Shown here one piece after another: positions 1 to 13,838 of a DNA stretch of 64,000 nucleotides (position 1 is its first letter; each line of letters starts with the position of its first letter). Below the pieces are notes generated by a model. It ran no database searches and was not told the origin of the DNA. It worked only from the letters and a program-made list of their open reading frames with translations. The DNA is from Antedon mediterranea (taxonomy: Eukaryota; Animalia; Echinodermata), in NCBI RefSeq assembly GCF_964355755.1, contig NC_092671.1, positions 17,980,001 through 18,044,000 of the forward strand, in the 5' to 3' direction. A program made the position numbers and the translations under genes.

Positions 1-786
1 ATTTACCCCAGTTTTGTGGTTCAAATGACAAGAATTCTCGATAAAAAGAATGTAAAAAAATTAGAAAAGGTAGAGCAGGTTTACACATATAAGTTGATGT
101 TCTTCTGTTTATGTTTACGAAAGAACTGCAGAGAACAGTCGGTACAACAAAAAATAACATATTAACAGAACTTTATGCCACTTAATTAGGTTGAGTTGTA
201 AATAAAACATTATTCAACAACTGTAAAAAAAACATTTTACTAATCCCAATCTTTAGATCTAAACATTACCTATAACACCTATTACCACAAACCAAACTGG
301 AACAACGGTATAGTCGGCCGAATATATACTCTCATCTGTGTATATTATTTACAGTATCTTTCTAAACTTCTTAAATTTGACAACGTAAAATAGTATATAT
401 ATCATTCTTATGCACCTTTTACAATGGTTTACAGATAGTTGTTATTGTTTTCTTATGCCATGAGTTCCAATTTGTCAGCCGCGTAAATTCGTTTTAGCGT
501 AAATGTAAATGAAGTATGCTATCATGTCACGTGATTCTAGCCACTAGCCAAATTGTGTGTACTTTTAACATAAACAATATTTTTAATGAATGTGTTCTTT
601 AAATAAACGTAAATTGTGTAGGCCTATAAAATGTGACAAATACAAAGTTTGGCCCTTGAACCACTATTGCCGGCCCGGTCTGTGCAACATCGTCCTCTTC
701 GGTTAGCCTTTTGCAAAAACAGCAACTCAGCTCTGTACCTGAATTTGGTCAAGTGAAAATTCGAACCAATAAGAATGATCGAACTT

Positions 787-994
787 TCAATCATCAGTTG
801 ATTGCTGCGGAGTTATACATCCCCTCAAACCTGTATTACCCCCAGTTAACAAGGAGGGCGTGCTTTCCATTAGTTGGTGCCATTGTGCTACCTGTTTTCG
901 AGGTGCCTGGAGCATTTCCTGCCAGTGTTCAGAACCTTGTCCTGGTGAATTTGCTCCCACTTCACAGACTCCTATTAGTTCACTATGCCCTACC
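787..994 (-). CDS. Synaptotagmin last coding exon (C2B end, WHxL motif, short tail)
   Basis: CAG acceptor at 997-995 (phase 2); encodes VGHSELIGVCEVG...HWQEMLQAPRKQVAQWHQL...STDD then TGA at 789-787. Confidence 0.93.
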
Positions 995-1745
995 CTGTTT
1001 ATATAAAAATGTAACAATTATTATGTTAACGCCTCTTTATTTTCTTGAGTATGTAATGAAATGTTTTAATAGAATCAACGTGTCATCTCAACAATAGATG
1101 AATATACATTGCTAGTAGTAGGCCTACGGTATAATTGGATTCTTAGAATAGATTGAAAACTTTTTTTCTTTAAAGACTAACAATAGACCTACTTATCTAC
1201 TACCACAAAAGAGAAAAAAAAAATAGACCTACTTATTATTTACAATTATACAATTATATCCTTCTTAAAGGCTTCCCTATAACTGATTACATTTAGTTAG
1301 ATAAAGGAAGAGTGAAATTTCACTCTTCCTGGTCAGATAATTAAAATAAGTCGTTATAAAAATGGACAGTTAGATACATGTTCAGAAATTCCGCAAGAGA
1401 ATCAGAAAGTCATCACGTGATATTATTACGTGTGTATTTTTCAGTCGCTTTTGTATGTAATGGCCATCATACAAAAAAAAGTAAAGAGCATTTCCTGGCC
1501 AGGTGGTGTACAGTCTGCTGGTGGTCTTTTTTAGTATGAAGACAAGGTGACAATAAAGCGTCTGAGATATACTATTTACCTTCTGTTTTTTTGTTTTGGA
1601 ACATTTCTAATACGTTAAGTTGTGGCATGGAGGTACAACATATATGTAAACCTCAATGGTTATAGTAATGATATTGAATCTCTGAGCTTATATTGATATC
1701 CTGTCCATGTCATAGCGCAAGAACTCCCTTTCAGTCAATACATAC

Positions 1746-1917
1746 CAATCATGATCTACCACCGCTACGACTAGAATGATCTCATCCATACATTCTGGTG
1801 TGACGTCAAAGACCATTGCTTCATTATACACAGGATTGAGGGTGTTCTTCTTGACTGTTGTTTTCCGTTTCTTGAGACGCTTACCTTGACTTATTAAAGA
1901 CACTTTGACATATGGAT
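1746..1917 (-). CDS. Synaptotagmin exon, C2B core
   Basis: ttccag acceptor, 172 bp encoding (D)[38 protein letters not shown]...VVDHD(W), donor TG|GTATG. Contains the C2B polybasic patch. Confidence 0.95.
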
Positions 1918-4900
1918 CTGGAATAAAGAATATCCAATTATATATAGCGTTACATATATGAAACATATTCGTTACTGAATCGAGTTTTCAAACTGAAAGT
2001 TATTATTTCTGGGCTGCTCTTTCGGTCTCTTCTATATATGTCATAGCTCTTGGGGCTCTTATTGCAATTAATTGGATTTAGCCCAAATAGTTCGTTTATT
2101 TCACAGTAAAGAGAACATTATATTTCCTTTATAACATCCTTCAACCAATCTTTGACAAGATATGTTGTTATATCCCATTACGTTTCAAAACACGCATGAT
2201 TTATCCAATCTAATCATCAATGAAAGTGTCTACGGCGCAGGGTACAGTGTTATCAACTGAATAACATCGCATATTGAAGTATTAGAGCATTAATCAATTA
2301 CATTGATTTGACATCACAGATTAGCTTACGGACATAAGGGTAATTTTGACACACACAAGGGAACCTAAGGCGTTAAGGAAACCAAATCTGCGAAAATTCG
2401 TGCTTAGCTAGCTGCATAAAGCATCTTTAGAATGAAAGAAACATAATTTCAAGATTATCAACATTGGACATCAGTTTGGTTTCATTATTCCAGCTATCAT
2501 TATCATGCTATGACAACTCACAATTTGACAATGATATGCTCAAATTCTTGTTATTTGATTAGAAGATTGTTGATCACATGATGTTTAAGAAAAAAGACTA
2601 TTACACGATCGTATGATTTGTACGAAAACAAAATCTTCTCGCGTACGAAAAAAAAAATCCCAAGGCCAACTGTGAACCTCCCTGGTGATTTTCACTAAAA
2701 TTTGCTTATCTACACTAGGCATAGGACTATGTTTCGGTTGTTGACATATTATGCATAGTAATAAATAAAATGTTTTATATAAGTGGTAGAGAATACTCCA
2801 TTTGTTGAAAGAGACTGTTCCGCTTCTTTAAATATAGCAATCATTCATGAAATATTTCCCACCATTCAACTCATGAAATATTCTCTACCATTCAACTAAT
2901 AAACGTTGATGTAAAACGGTAGCCGATAAACATACTTTAATATTTACTATTTCTGCTTTTATGATATACTGTATTCATTTTGTTTGGATATAAATGAATA
3001 TTTGAAGATGTGAGGATTTGATTAGGTAAGTACCTCATTATTATTTAACCATTTCCAGTAGTAGTGTGTATAGACGTAAACTGTGTATGTATGTACGCAA
3101 AATATCGTTATTAGAAAATAAATAATTGTGTGAGATTTGTTCGCCAAATTCATTTTCATCAGTATCTAATTTTGCATTTAGCCTTAGTATGGAGTATCAA
3201 ATGTAATCTAAACGCTGCTACATAAGCATATTGAATTATATATTATACTGATATATTAATTCGTCAATATGATTCATATGGTATAGTGAATGAAATGCAC
3301 AGTATTGTTGACATGGTTGGCGCTACATACAGCAACTGTCATCATCGTTTTGAAATGATTAACCTCTTGAACGCTATGCACATTATTCCTAAATACACTT
3401 AATGATCGAAATTATCACTGTAATCATTCATAAAAATTGTCCTACATTTAGCGGTTAAACAGACTGCTCCCTGTCCCAATTAAATGGTTACCAGTATTAT
3501 AAGTAAACGCATTATAATAAGACTAATTAAATAGAACAACATTTTGTATGCAGTAAGTGTATTTCCATCTAAATCTCATGATTGGTTTATTACGGTTATA
3601 GTAATTAATAGTCATTTCTCTGATATCTTATTTAATATTTCAATACAGTTATACATTCCAATTTTATGTTAGTATGTCAAGGTAAGTAAAAAAACCAACC
3701 TATTTTTGCACGCCTAGCGTGGACTAAACTGTCAATTTATAATGATAATATCTACTGGACAAGAAATCGACTTCTTCAGTACACGCTTTAACTTTATTAC
3801 GCTGTCTATAATTTGGTTTTATTTTTTCGGTTTATGGCAGAGATATAATTGATATCATTCTTATTGATATTTCTTGTGGTCTGCTAAACATTTCGTATAC
3901 AACATTCCTTTCTTGGTCCAATTGTTCTTTTGTTTGTCGTCAGAAGTATTATTAACTAAATGTGGCCATTTCAGTCGGCTGTATTTAATTCCTGGGCTCC
4001 ACTTTTTTTATTGTTCATTTAGTCGCACGTTACTACACGTTTGTCTACAGTGGAGTGCCATAGATAAGATTAATGGCATCCCCCTTAAGTTGGATATCAT
4101 CTTGGGGCCATTTCATGCGTGAATGGAGACCAAGCTTATTTGACAGTGTTACGATTACAGACATACGAGGCAATTTGAAAAAAACACTATTCATAATACA
4201 TTTTTTTTGGGATAGTAAATATCGGGTAGCTAAAACTTGTTTGAAGTTTAGAAAACTTAGAGATATTATGAAATAAGGTTGTGTCGAGTTATTGACAATA
4301 AATCAGATTGAACAACTTTAAGTCTATTGAAACCGACATAAATGGTTGAGTTCCCTCCGGCTTTTTAACTGATCGAATATGTATAATGGTAGTTTATGGA
4401 TACTGAATCTATCGCCGAATGGTTATATTGTTCTGTTTGAAAATGTTTGAACTTACCGTTGTTTTTCAAGTGGTTGTTTAATACTGTAAATATAGGCCTA
4501 AGTATTGAATTGGGGAACAAACATTCTTGAAAATCTGTTTTAAAAGCTAGGTGCGGGCAAAAAATTTCTATTGATCATACATTCCAATAATTATCGGTCT
4601 ATAGTTTCCCCTATGTTTCATAATTTTTGGGATTTTATTTGTGTTACAGGAGCTTTTTGAAAATTAGCACTTTCATATACTGATATGATAGTTCAAAATT
4701 ACACAGTAAAATCTCTATTTTTTTGTACACAAATTTTGAAAATAGAGAGGTATTTTAAAAAGCTATGAAAAATAAACGGTGTGGTAAAAAATGTTATCAG
4801 ATGACTAAATATAGGTAATATAACTTGAATTTTACATTTCTGGTATTTTTATTCAACTTCAGAATTTTATTTTCATGCTATAGCAAAAATTATCCACCGT

Positions 4901-5824
4901 ATATCCACTATCTTTGTTCACCTTCTAGGGAGTCACCAGACATGTTATTACATTATGTTAACTACCTAACTACTGAAAAAAGGTCTTCCTGGTTTTTTTG
5001 GCAGAGTTTTGCCAAATTTTGTATTTGACCATATTAGGGGAAATTCATGGTTTTTCGTCTTGATTTCTGTTACAAATATTTGATTTATGTACAATTAACC
5101 AGATTTTATATTTAAAATTCATGCCTGTACCTGAGCTTTAAAAAATGTTACCGCACCATCGACACATTCTTTGTTATCAGATCAATCATTTTGCTATTTT
5201 TAATTGATAAAAATAGTAACAAGTTTATCTTATATTATAATTTCCTAGATAGGTAATACACAAATAAAATGTTTTTAATAAATATATGGTATGGCTAGTG
5301 GTTATATAATAAACTATGACGTTGTTTTTATAACGTATGGTAGAAAGAAGATTAGCATATTAATTTACGGTTTATTATCGTTGCCAGGGAATTCCATATT
5401 GAGTAAAAATACATTCATTATCTTGTACTCATGGTTGTAGGCTTTGATTAACTTAATTTAATTTTTTTTTATAATACACAGTAAACGGTCTATTTAATGC
5501 ATACGTTTATTATTGTTTTAATGTTATCCTGTATTAATTAATTAATTCATCTTTTATTCCGGAGGGTACATCTATATAATAAAACATACAAAACAAAGAA
5601 AAAATTCAACCTGAAATCAATACATTTTTTCACAATCACAACCTAAAATATTAATTTGCAACGCTGGTGAATGTTGGAATGTGGAAGTACATTGTAGACT
5701 ATTATTAAACTAATACAAATGTCATTAATTCTTGTTGAAACACTTATTGATGGACTTCCTTGAATACTATCTGAAGTTCCTAACTTGTTCTTAAAAAATA
5801 AATGTGTTCCTAGATGATACTTAC

Positions 5825-5945
5825 CGGAAGCACCAGTGATATCCATGGCCCGCAGGTTCCTCGCTTTTAACACATTCAAAGTTAACCGATGGGCAGTTGG
5901 TAGAAAACATAACGAGAACATAATTTCTCCAAGGTCCGGTTTATC
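5825..5945 (-). CDS. Synaptotagmin exon, start of C2B
   Basis: tttccag acceptor, 121 bp encoding [40 protein letters not shown], donor G|GTAAGT. Phases 0 and 1 fit both neighbouring exons; closely resembles the Syt9/10/6 C2B start. Confidence 0.95.
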
Positions 5946-8900
5946 CTGGAAATAGAAATATGTAATGTTTAAAATAATTCATTCAAGTTTTTTCAAATTT
6001 ACTCATTCTTTTCACTATGAGACAATATAAATGTTGTGATTCTTTTGTAAGTTACTAATAATTAATTTTGTAATAAAGTTCTCCAAAGACGTAGGCTACA
6101 GATTGCCAAAATATTTTCATCAGCGTAACTTTTTCCTATCTTTTTCATGCTTTTCTGCTTTTGAACCAAATAATTTGTTACTTTTTCTTGTTCTGTTTCC
6201 AATCATGTTTTGCATTCATATTATACTAAAACAGCATTTATTCAAGATCCAACAGTGTAACGATATATTTTATTTTTGTCTACACCGCAGCAGTGAAAGC
6301 TGAAATAGTTGAAATAAACGATGTTGTTTAGAGTTTTATTTGATTAGAAGAACAGATATAATAAAAAAATAAACTGTGATTCTTTTAATTACCGGTATAT
6401 TTGATGGTATATTTTCATATCCAAGGTATGTATACTCCTAATGTCTTTGTTAGGACATTCACGCTAAACGGTCGTCATGTGACTTGTAATGTGTTTTTTG
6501 AACCGATTCGCAAACTCATTCAAAATGAAAACAAAGTGATAAGGTTTTCCCAAGATGCAGCGCAGAAGATTCCGAATTAGTAAGCTCATCTTCTTGGTGA
6601 CCAATAACCCCAGAGACAAAATGTCTATGTTCATAATTCTTTACAATTAATGAGATTGGTTCAGACAAACATTGATATTTCCTGTTAACTGCGTGTTCAT
6701 TATTGTCTTAAAACGCACCCTTCAATTATTTGTCCACATAATTAAGTTTGTGTTCACATTTATAGTTTTACGGCATTAGATATCCTTGTAGACATACGCT
6801 CATTATTGCAAATCCGCTGTTAATTTCTTGCCTCGCATGGAAAAACATTCGATGCACGAACAATAAGTTGCAATTTGCGTTTCAAATTAAATTACGTGCG
6901 AGTTATATAGAAAATATAATTGATCACATTAAACTAAGGTTGGCTATTTAAATGTAATTATAGTTTTGTAATTTTAAATATAAATCAAAATGGGCTTCAA
7001 AAGCGTTGTGGCCCAGAAAACCAGAATACATTTTAATGTTTAGAGTGTGTGAGAATGAAAGTGAGAGATGGTGAATTTGGTGCACAACAACGAGCGTCAT
7101 GAAAAAAGTCAATTTTTAAGGAAGTGGTGCTACAGGACTCTTTTAGTAATATAGGAATGACGAAAAAAGAATGTGGATATAATCAAAAATGTTTATGTTT
7201 TAGGCTTAAACAGCATATTTTAAATCAGGAGCTACCCTTTTAGCAGACATTGACCGATGATTATTATACAAAACTATCAAAGCAATTTAGAGGTATATAA
7301 CTGGGGCAGACCAAAATAAATATTGCTTCAATCATATAAGAACTTGATTTGAAGCATATACCTACAACACAGAATTTTTATTGAAATTATATTGTAGATA
7401 ATGATATCATTTATGATTCTGAGTACTGGCAAACTAAACTGAACAACCTTCGTACTAGATTATCTGAAAACATTCATATTCTTGTCAATTACACTATAAT
7501 GAGATGGCTTGTGTATATAAGCAGCACATCAATCGAACTTTTACCAACATAGGCTAAATAAATGACTTTGTTAGTAAATTTAATTATTTCTGTTATATTG
7601 ATATTATGTTCAATGGTTGGTTGTTATAACCACAAAGGAGGATATAAAACATACTACATATAGATATAGAGTTTATAAACATTATTTGGATCGTTAATGG
7701 TAAGGGGGTGTATTGACATATAAAATATTGACCAAAATTGTTATTGCTAATAACGAACGTTGTGCGAATACAATCACGAAATATTCTATTTATGAAAGAA
7801 GCGTTGTTTGTGTTATGGATCATTAATTAAATAAGGTCCATGTTTCAATATCAGTAAAACATTAAGGACAGCAGCTGATGAATACTTTTATTGGTCCCAT
7901 TGTTTATAATATACAGTCTGTGCGAATATTGATTGTTAGTCAAGTGGATCGCTTGTGCTAAAATAGTTAGCAGATATCACTAATTGAACATAGTTAGAAC
8001 CAAGTGAACAAGGCTAATAATTTAAGACAGACTGTCTACCATGGCTTGTCGTTCTTCAGATACCGACCGACCAGAAATTAATTACGGCATTAACACATCA
8101 TGAGCTGTGATAGAAGCTTGATATACAAACAGACCATGCATTAGTTATTAGTTAGTTATTTTCTGTAAATTTGGACCTGCAAGTATTACGCCATGTTTAT
8201 ACATGTTAATATTATGCTTGTTTTATTCTAAGTTGACATAATTAACAATCTTCAAATGCCGAGGGATATTACGGGTTATTTAATAACCCAAGTAATCCAT
8301 TTCTGGAACTTGAACTCGCTCGTGTAAAACGACTATACTTAATGAAGGCGATTAAGTGTAAGCTTTGTGAACAGAGCTTCTGGACATCGATATCTTTAAA
8401 TTCTAAACTTATCATCTACAGTAGTTAGTGATAAATTAAAGTGACAATCCACAGCGGTGATATGATTAAACTTCAATCCATGTGTTCATATTGGTAACAA
8501 TAATGCTAATGGAATGTATAATCAGTCCCTGAATGTACAACGCGTGGTAATTTAGTACCAGTAAATCGCGTAAATGATTTTCTTTCGGTATTTTAGATTC
8601 CTGACGTTGTGCCGGCCCAGACTTCTCTGTATAAAGGCAGCGGAGGACATGGCGTAGTAGTCCTACATTGCTTTCGAAAGACAAGGCTTACATATTGTAT
8701 TTAATATTAGAAAGTCAGGAAAGAGGGAGCTAAAGTGCGCTACAGTATAATCATCTACTTGCGTTAGGTTTCTATAGTTCGTGTGTAGACCTACACAATA
8801 CGGATGCCCAAAATCTCCGAACAAAATTCATTCTAATATCCACTAATTCTAAAAGTTTCGAGATAGGTTATATCAATAATTATTTATTTAAGCGATAAAA

Positions 8901-10313
8901 ATCCAGGATTTCAGATTCAGAGATTTTATAACCCCATAAAATGATATATTCATAACTTGTATGATTTGATCTAAGGGAATATCTAATGTTATGGAGTTGA
9001 ACTAGTATATCCGACGATTCTAAAATTGGTCTTCCATTGGACAGAATAGAATGTTATTGCATGTATGTTCACTATCAATCATTTATTTATATAATAAAAT
9101 TCAGTTACAAAGACATTTGGCTAAAACGCTACTGGCATACAATCTCAATTACTGTAGCAAAATAACATAGGTAATACATGACAAGATAAATAAGATTGGA
9201 TATACGCATTAAGTTGTTGATATATGTTCGTAGGCATCAATTAGAGAATGGGCCAAATATAGGGGCTTGATGGAAGGATTTAAACATGGCGTGTAGTAAG
9301 TAGTGGGGTATTGTAGAACGTTTAATATTTGGCCTACAGTAGGAAAATATAGAGGGTTGTCTTGATTGTGTTCTAAGTTTTAGAATGTTAATAACGGGTA
9401 TTGTTAAACTGGGCAAATGGTGATCTGGAGAAGGGTGTTGGAGGCTTGCGCTGTTTGCACTGCGAAATTCTGAATTTTCATAAATTGTCTTTGGTTTAAC
9501 TCAAGTTGTGAAATCAATTTTAATTAAGCAATTTGGAGGATGTTTGCGCAATTGTTTAGTATACCCGAAACAGAAACTTTGAAATACGGTACGGTAGTAC
9601 TTGCTTGCATGATTCTTAACAGTTTGAAATAAATTTACTACTTAATTAATTGCTTGCAGATAGATGGACTTTATGAGAATATGATAAGAATAGAATCCGG
9701 TCACGTGTGCTCGAATGCACTATTTAGTTATGTGATTGGTCCTTTTTAAAATTGTCTTTTGAACAGTGATTTATTTTTGACATTTTTTGCTTAAGCACAA
9801 ATTGTTCTAGAACAAATCTTTAATTATGTCTGAATAAATCGAAGAATTATAGTTCACATTTTAAAAATCATCAATCGAATACAGGCATGGAACATTGATT
9901 TATTAAACATGAATATATAATATGCAGTTCTTGATAATCATAGTAATCAATTATTTATCTGAATTAGCACTTGAGAAAAACAAGAAAAAATGAGCTCCTG
10001 ATGAATTTAATACAGTAAAAACAACTTTTATATGTATATGTATGTTTATTTGTATACATTTTAGGTTTTAGTTAAATGCATGAGGTGTATGCTATTTAGC
10101 ATTAACACAATTAGCCTATACCAAACTGTATACGGTACCGTATACTATTAAAAATACCTTTTTGAGTTCAGTGGCACGTACCAACCAAAGTAAGTAATTA
10201 TAAATCAATTGTTGTTGGTCTGAATAAGATTTAAGAATATTACTTCTTTAGAAAAAAAAAATATTACAACGTAAAAGATACCAGTTCCATAATAAGAATA
10301 CACACAAATCTAA

Positions 10314-10469
10314 AACTCTGTCTACACTATCAAACTAGTTTGACAAAAAAGTGTGATGTGTCCAAATATGGTAGTGATATATCCAAATATGGCAGTGATA
10401 TGACATCATCGTGTCCATATGGGCACATTATATTTTTGTCGCATAAAGTTTGAGAGTGGATACAGAGCT
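10314..10469. mobile_element. PIF/Harbinger-type MITE, copy 1
   Basis: TIRs resembling AGCTCTGTCTACACTATCAAACT; homologous copies at 21269-21394 and 56090-56230 carry TTA/TAA TSDs. Confidence 0.7.
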
Positions 10470-11113
10470 AAAGGCTTAGTCTAGTGTGTATATATTGTTA
10501 TTTTATCTCAGTTTTCATTTATGAAAACCAAGAATGTTTTACAATCTCCAGTTCAAGGTAGCGATGTAATTGAAGACGCTGTTTAATTATAATGTCTTAT
10601 TAATCTTCATCTTATTTCCAAATGATCATTAAATCTTTGGTCAATACGTCTAGAATTTTGACAAATTACTAATTAGTTTAAGGTACATATGTCTAGTAAG
10701 CATTTAAAAAAACTGATAAGGTCAGACTTCAAGTCTAGTCGCACACTTATGTTCTATAGGCTAGTAACAGTTTTTAATTTTCCATCAAAAATAAAATTAT
10801 TTAATATAGGATAATTGAGAATCACTCTTAAGTATTATTTTTAATTCCACAATTTAATCAATTTGCATAAAAATATATTCAATTTGTTCTTTTTGTAAAA
10901 TGCACGATTAGAATCACTGTTGTATAAATAACTCTTAGGTCTTAACTTCGCCGAATAAGTGATTACAAATTTAATTTCAGTCGCAATGTTCTAATGAAAC
11001 CGAATTGTGTTAATTGAATTAACGTCGAATAGTTAATATCATTTTAAGAACAGATTGTTTACGTACATGCATAAGTTTCGATTTGGACTCTTGTTTATTA
11101 TATAGCCTCTTAC

Positions 11114-12003
11114 CTGACTTTGTGTACTGTAAATATCCAGTTGAAAAGTTCTTGCACCCCTTGTTGGATCCACTTTATTCATCAAATCATCAACAGATAT
11201 TTCTCCAATTAAATCATGCCGGGAAAACCGATCAAAATCATATATTGTAAATTTGAGAGATTTTTCGGATAAATCCGAATAGGCAACATTAAATTCAAAA
11301 GTTTCGTGAAAGGTAGGGTTGCAGGTTTTCCGATGAACTTTAGTTTGGAATTTTTTACGGTCTGGATAGAGATATATTTTAACATACGGGTCTGAGGTAC
11401 CGGAGAAGTCTTTGGCTGGTAGTCCCGTTGCTCTAATAACGTGAACCATTAAACTTTCGCTCGGTTGATCATATTTTAATGATACTTCCATTTTGCCACA
11501 CAATTGTCCCCGGGATTCCGCCTCATTAAAAACATTACGATATAATTCTGGTCTCAAGATTCCAATTTTAGGCTCCTCTTTGAGATGTTTTTTTATTTCA
11601 AACTCTACACTTCGTGATGGGCTACCTTGTAAGGAAAGTTGTTTACGGAAGGCTTCTTGTCGCTGTTTTTGGGTAAGTAGCGGCACAGTCGCCTGTCTTG
11701 GAAGCACCTTTGCCGGTGAAGACATTGGAGAGAATGCGGTGTTGTAGTCGTTGTGATTGTTTCGTTCGATAGTCGTCGGTGATAGATCATGCATTGAAGG
11801 AGGTACCCCGTCACTCTCTACGTCAGTATCATCTTCGCTGAGGTGCCAGTACTTGCGATGTACAACCTGTGTACTTGTTGAGCGACTGAGCGATCTTGAA
11901 CGTCGACATACGCAGAGAACAGATAACACAGCCACGAAAATAATCACCAACGCAGAGGTAATTGGAATCGCTACGGCTTGCCAAGGGACATGTATGACGT
12001 TAC
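11114..12003 (-). CDS. Synaptotagmin (Syt3/6/9/10 group) exon encoding TM helix, linker and complete C2A domain
   Basis: Pyrimidine tract and AG acceptor at 12005-12004 (phase 1); donor CAG|GTAAGA at 11113 (phase 0). Encodes hydrophobic ALVIIFVAVLSVLCVC followed by RRSR, then C2A motifs LPAKDFSGTSDPYVKIYL and IYDFDRFSRHDLIGE with all five Ca2+-binding aspartates. Confidence 0.93.
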
Positions 12004-12984
12004 CTATGAGAGAGAAAAAAAAATGTTATTATTACATCCGTCTATTTACTTTTAAATTAAACGCCCAAAACTCATTTACACGCACTTTGTATACTTAGAT
12101 TTATTAATAAACGTGGCAATCTCAATTGACTATTTAACAGGCTTCACTCAGCACGATTTGCTTTCTTTGTTATGATTTCTAATAATAGCGATTCTGTTTG
12201 ATAGATAAATCAGAATAATTGACACACGACAAAATATTTGTATTGTTACTTACAGATTCTGTTGATTAGTTTTTAACTTTAGGTAGAAACTGTACATGCA
12301 TTTGAAGGATGTTACACGGATACACACAACTTATACGACGTAACTCAAAGAAGCATTTATAGAATATGTCATAATGCTTTAATAGTTACATTGATAATTT
12401 GCATACCGACATTTATTAGACATGCGCATTCTTTAAAAAAATTCTATTATTATGTTGCTAGTGGGTATTTTTTTTAATCAATTTGAATCTCTATGCAGAT
12501 TAAAGCAGTATAGTTGTATATCACAGATCTATTAGCAAATTTCAAGCCGATGTGCATTTTATAATTACAATCGATGCTTTAGGTAATGAAATCAGCAACA
12601 AAAAATAGGCCATACAAGAACATTGTAATTATAAGTACACATTTAATTTATCATTAGTACCAATTTTGAATATTTACTTTTTTTTTAATCTGACTGATTG
12701 GAGATGTGGGCGGAGTAATCGGCATATCAAAGTATATAATTTTTTTTAAATTTTAATTCTTTCTTTATTCAGTTGTTTTTTTACTACACGCAAGTTTATA
12801 ATAATTTAGATTAATTATTGTTGGTGTTGTTGAGATTGACTTAAGCACATTACGTACGATTGAACATCAGAAGTATAGACAACGAATCAAATAAAGTCCA
12901 TGTATCTTTATTCGTACATAACTCGTTGAGATTATGTAAAAGAGGATTTTAGATCTCTAACACACACTTATACATTATTTAGCC

Positions 12985-13140
12985 CTGACGAAGGAATCAT
13001 GTTGTCTAAAAGCTTGGCATTTTTTCTGCCTGTTTACTTTATCGTTTCACTTTATCGTTTTGATTTAGCTTTCTGCTTATTATCCAGCCACTGATACCCA
13101 CATCATTATCATTTTCACTTTCCAGTAATTTGCCTTTGTA
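12985..13140 (+). mobile_element. Diverged copy of hammerhead-bearing Penelope pLTR-like repeat
   Basis: CTGACGAAGG start and body (tttatcgttttgatttagcttt...atccagccactgataccca...cagtaatttgccttt) homologous to copies near 18.6, 21.8, 38.9 and 54.1 kb. Confidence 0.6.
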
Positions 13141-13307
13141 TTTTTATTTACTACCGGGCCTCAGCCTTAGATGACGTGCTTAAGTAAGCATATGCTCATT
13201 TCTAATAATTAATTGTTGGACGATGCGCCGAGATATGTTATTGGGTAGTAAATATAATATTTCCATTCTCTTCTTTGGTGCTTCAGAACCACCATTGTTG
13301 CTTATTA

Positions 13308-13838
13308 CTGTTGTAGCACCCACTAACGTAACAATCAACCACTAATGTAACAATTTCATTAACCACTAATGTAACAAACTTCATTAACCACTAACGTAAC
13401 AAAATGTAACCACTAACGTAAAAACAGTAGAAAATGTTAGTGGTTAAACTGTTGTTACGTTAGTTTGGAGTTGGATAGCCGAGCGGTTAGGACACTTGAC
13501 TGTCATACAGATAGACAACTCCCAATCCACTCAGCTGTAAATGAGTACCTGGTTGAAAATACTAGGGAGAAAAAGGCGGCGTGGAAAGGAACTGGTCACC
13601 CTACCACATAATGCCGAGGCTTAGTACAATGAGCTCCTAACAGTTCATTTTCCTACGTTCAGAGAACACGGGACTCACCATTACCTTTTTTTTACGTTAG
13701 TGGGTAATGGTACGTTAGTGATTGATCTATGTTACGTTAGTGGTTAATGTTACGTTAGTGGTTGATGTTACGTTAGTGGTTGATGTTACGTTAGTGGTTA
13801 GGCCTAATTTTATGGTACATTAGTGGGTGATACAACTG
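13308..13838. mobile_element. Foldback MITE with subterminal AACCACTAACGTAAC repeats, interrupted by a SINE
   Basis: Imperfect TIRs (ctgttgtagcacccactaacgta / tacattagtgggtgatacaactg); motif arrays in opposite orientation on the two arms. Confidence 0.7.
13466..13691 (+). mobile_element. tRNA-derived SINE with Deu/Nin-like core
   Basis: A-box head (TAGCCGAGCGGTTAGG), core ccactcagctgtaaatgagtacc, 3' tail attaccttttt, flanking 10-bp direct repeat ttacgttagt. The B-box appears deleted. Confidence 0.65.

Noticed and set aside
711-1097. 128-aa plus-strand ORF, and similar ORFs at 11493-12098
   Set aside because: Antisense shadows of synaptotagmin exons.
7000-7560. Possible old LINE 3' remnant (also 9300-9480)
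   Set aside because: Too degenerate to assign by eye.
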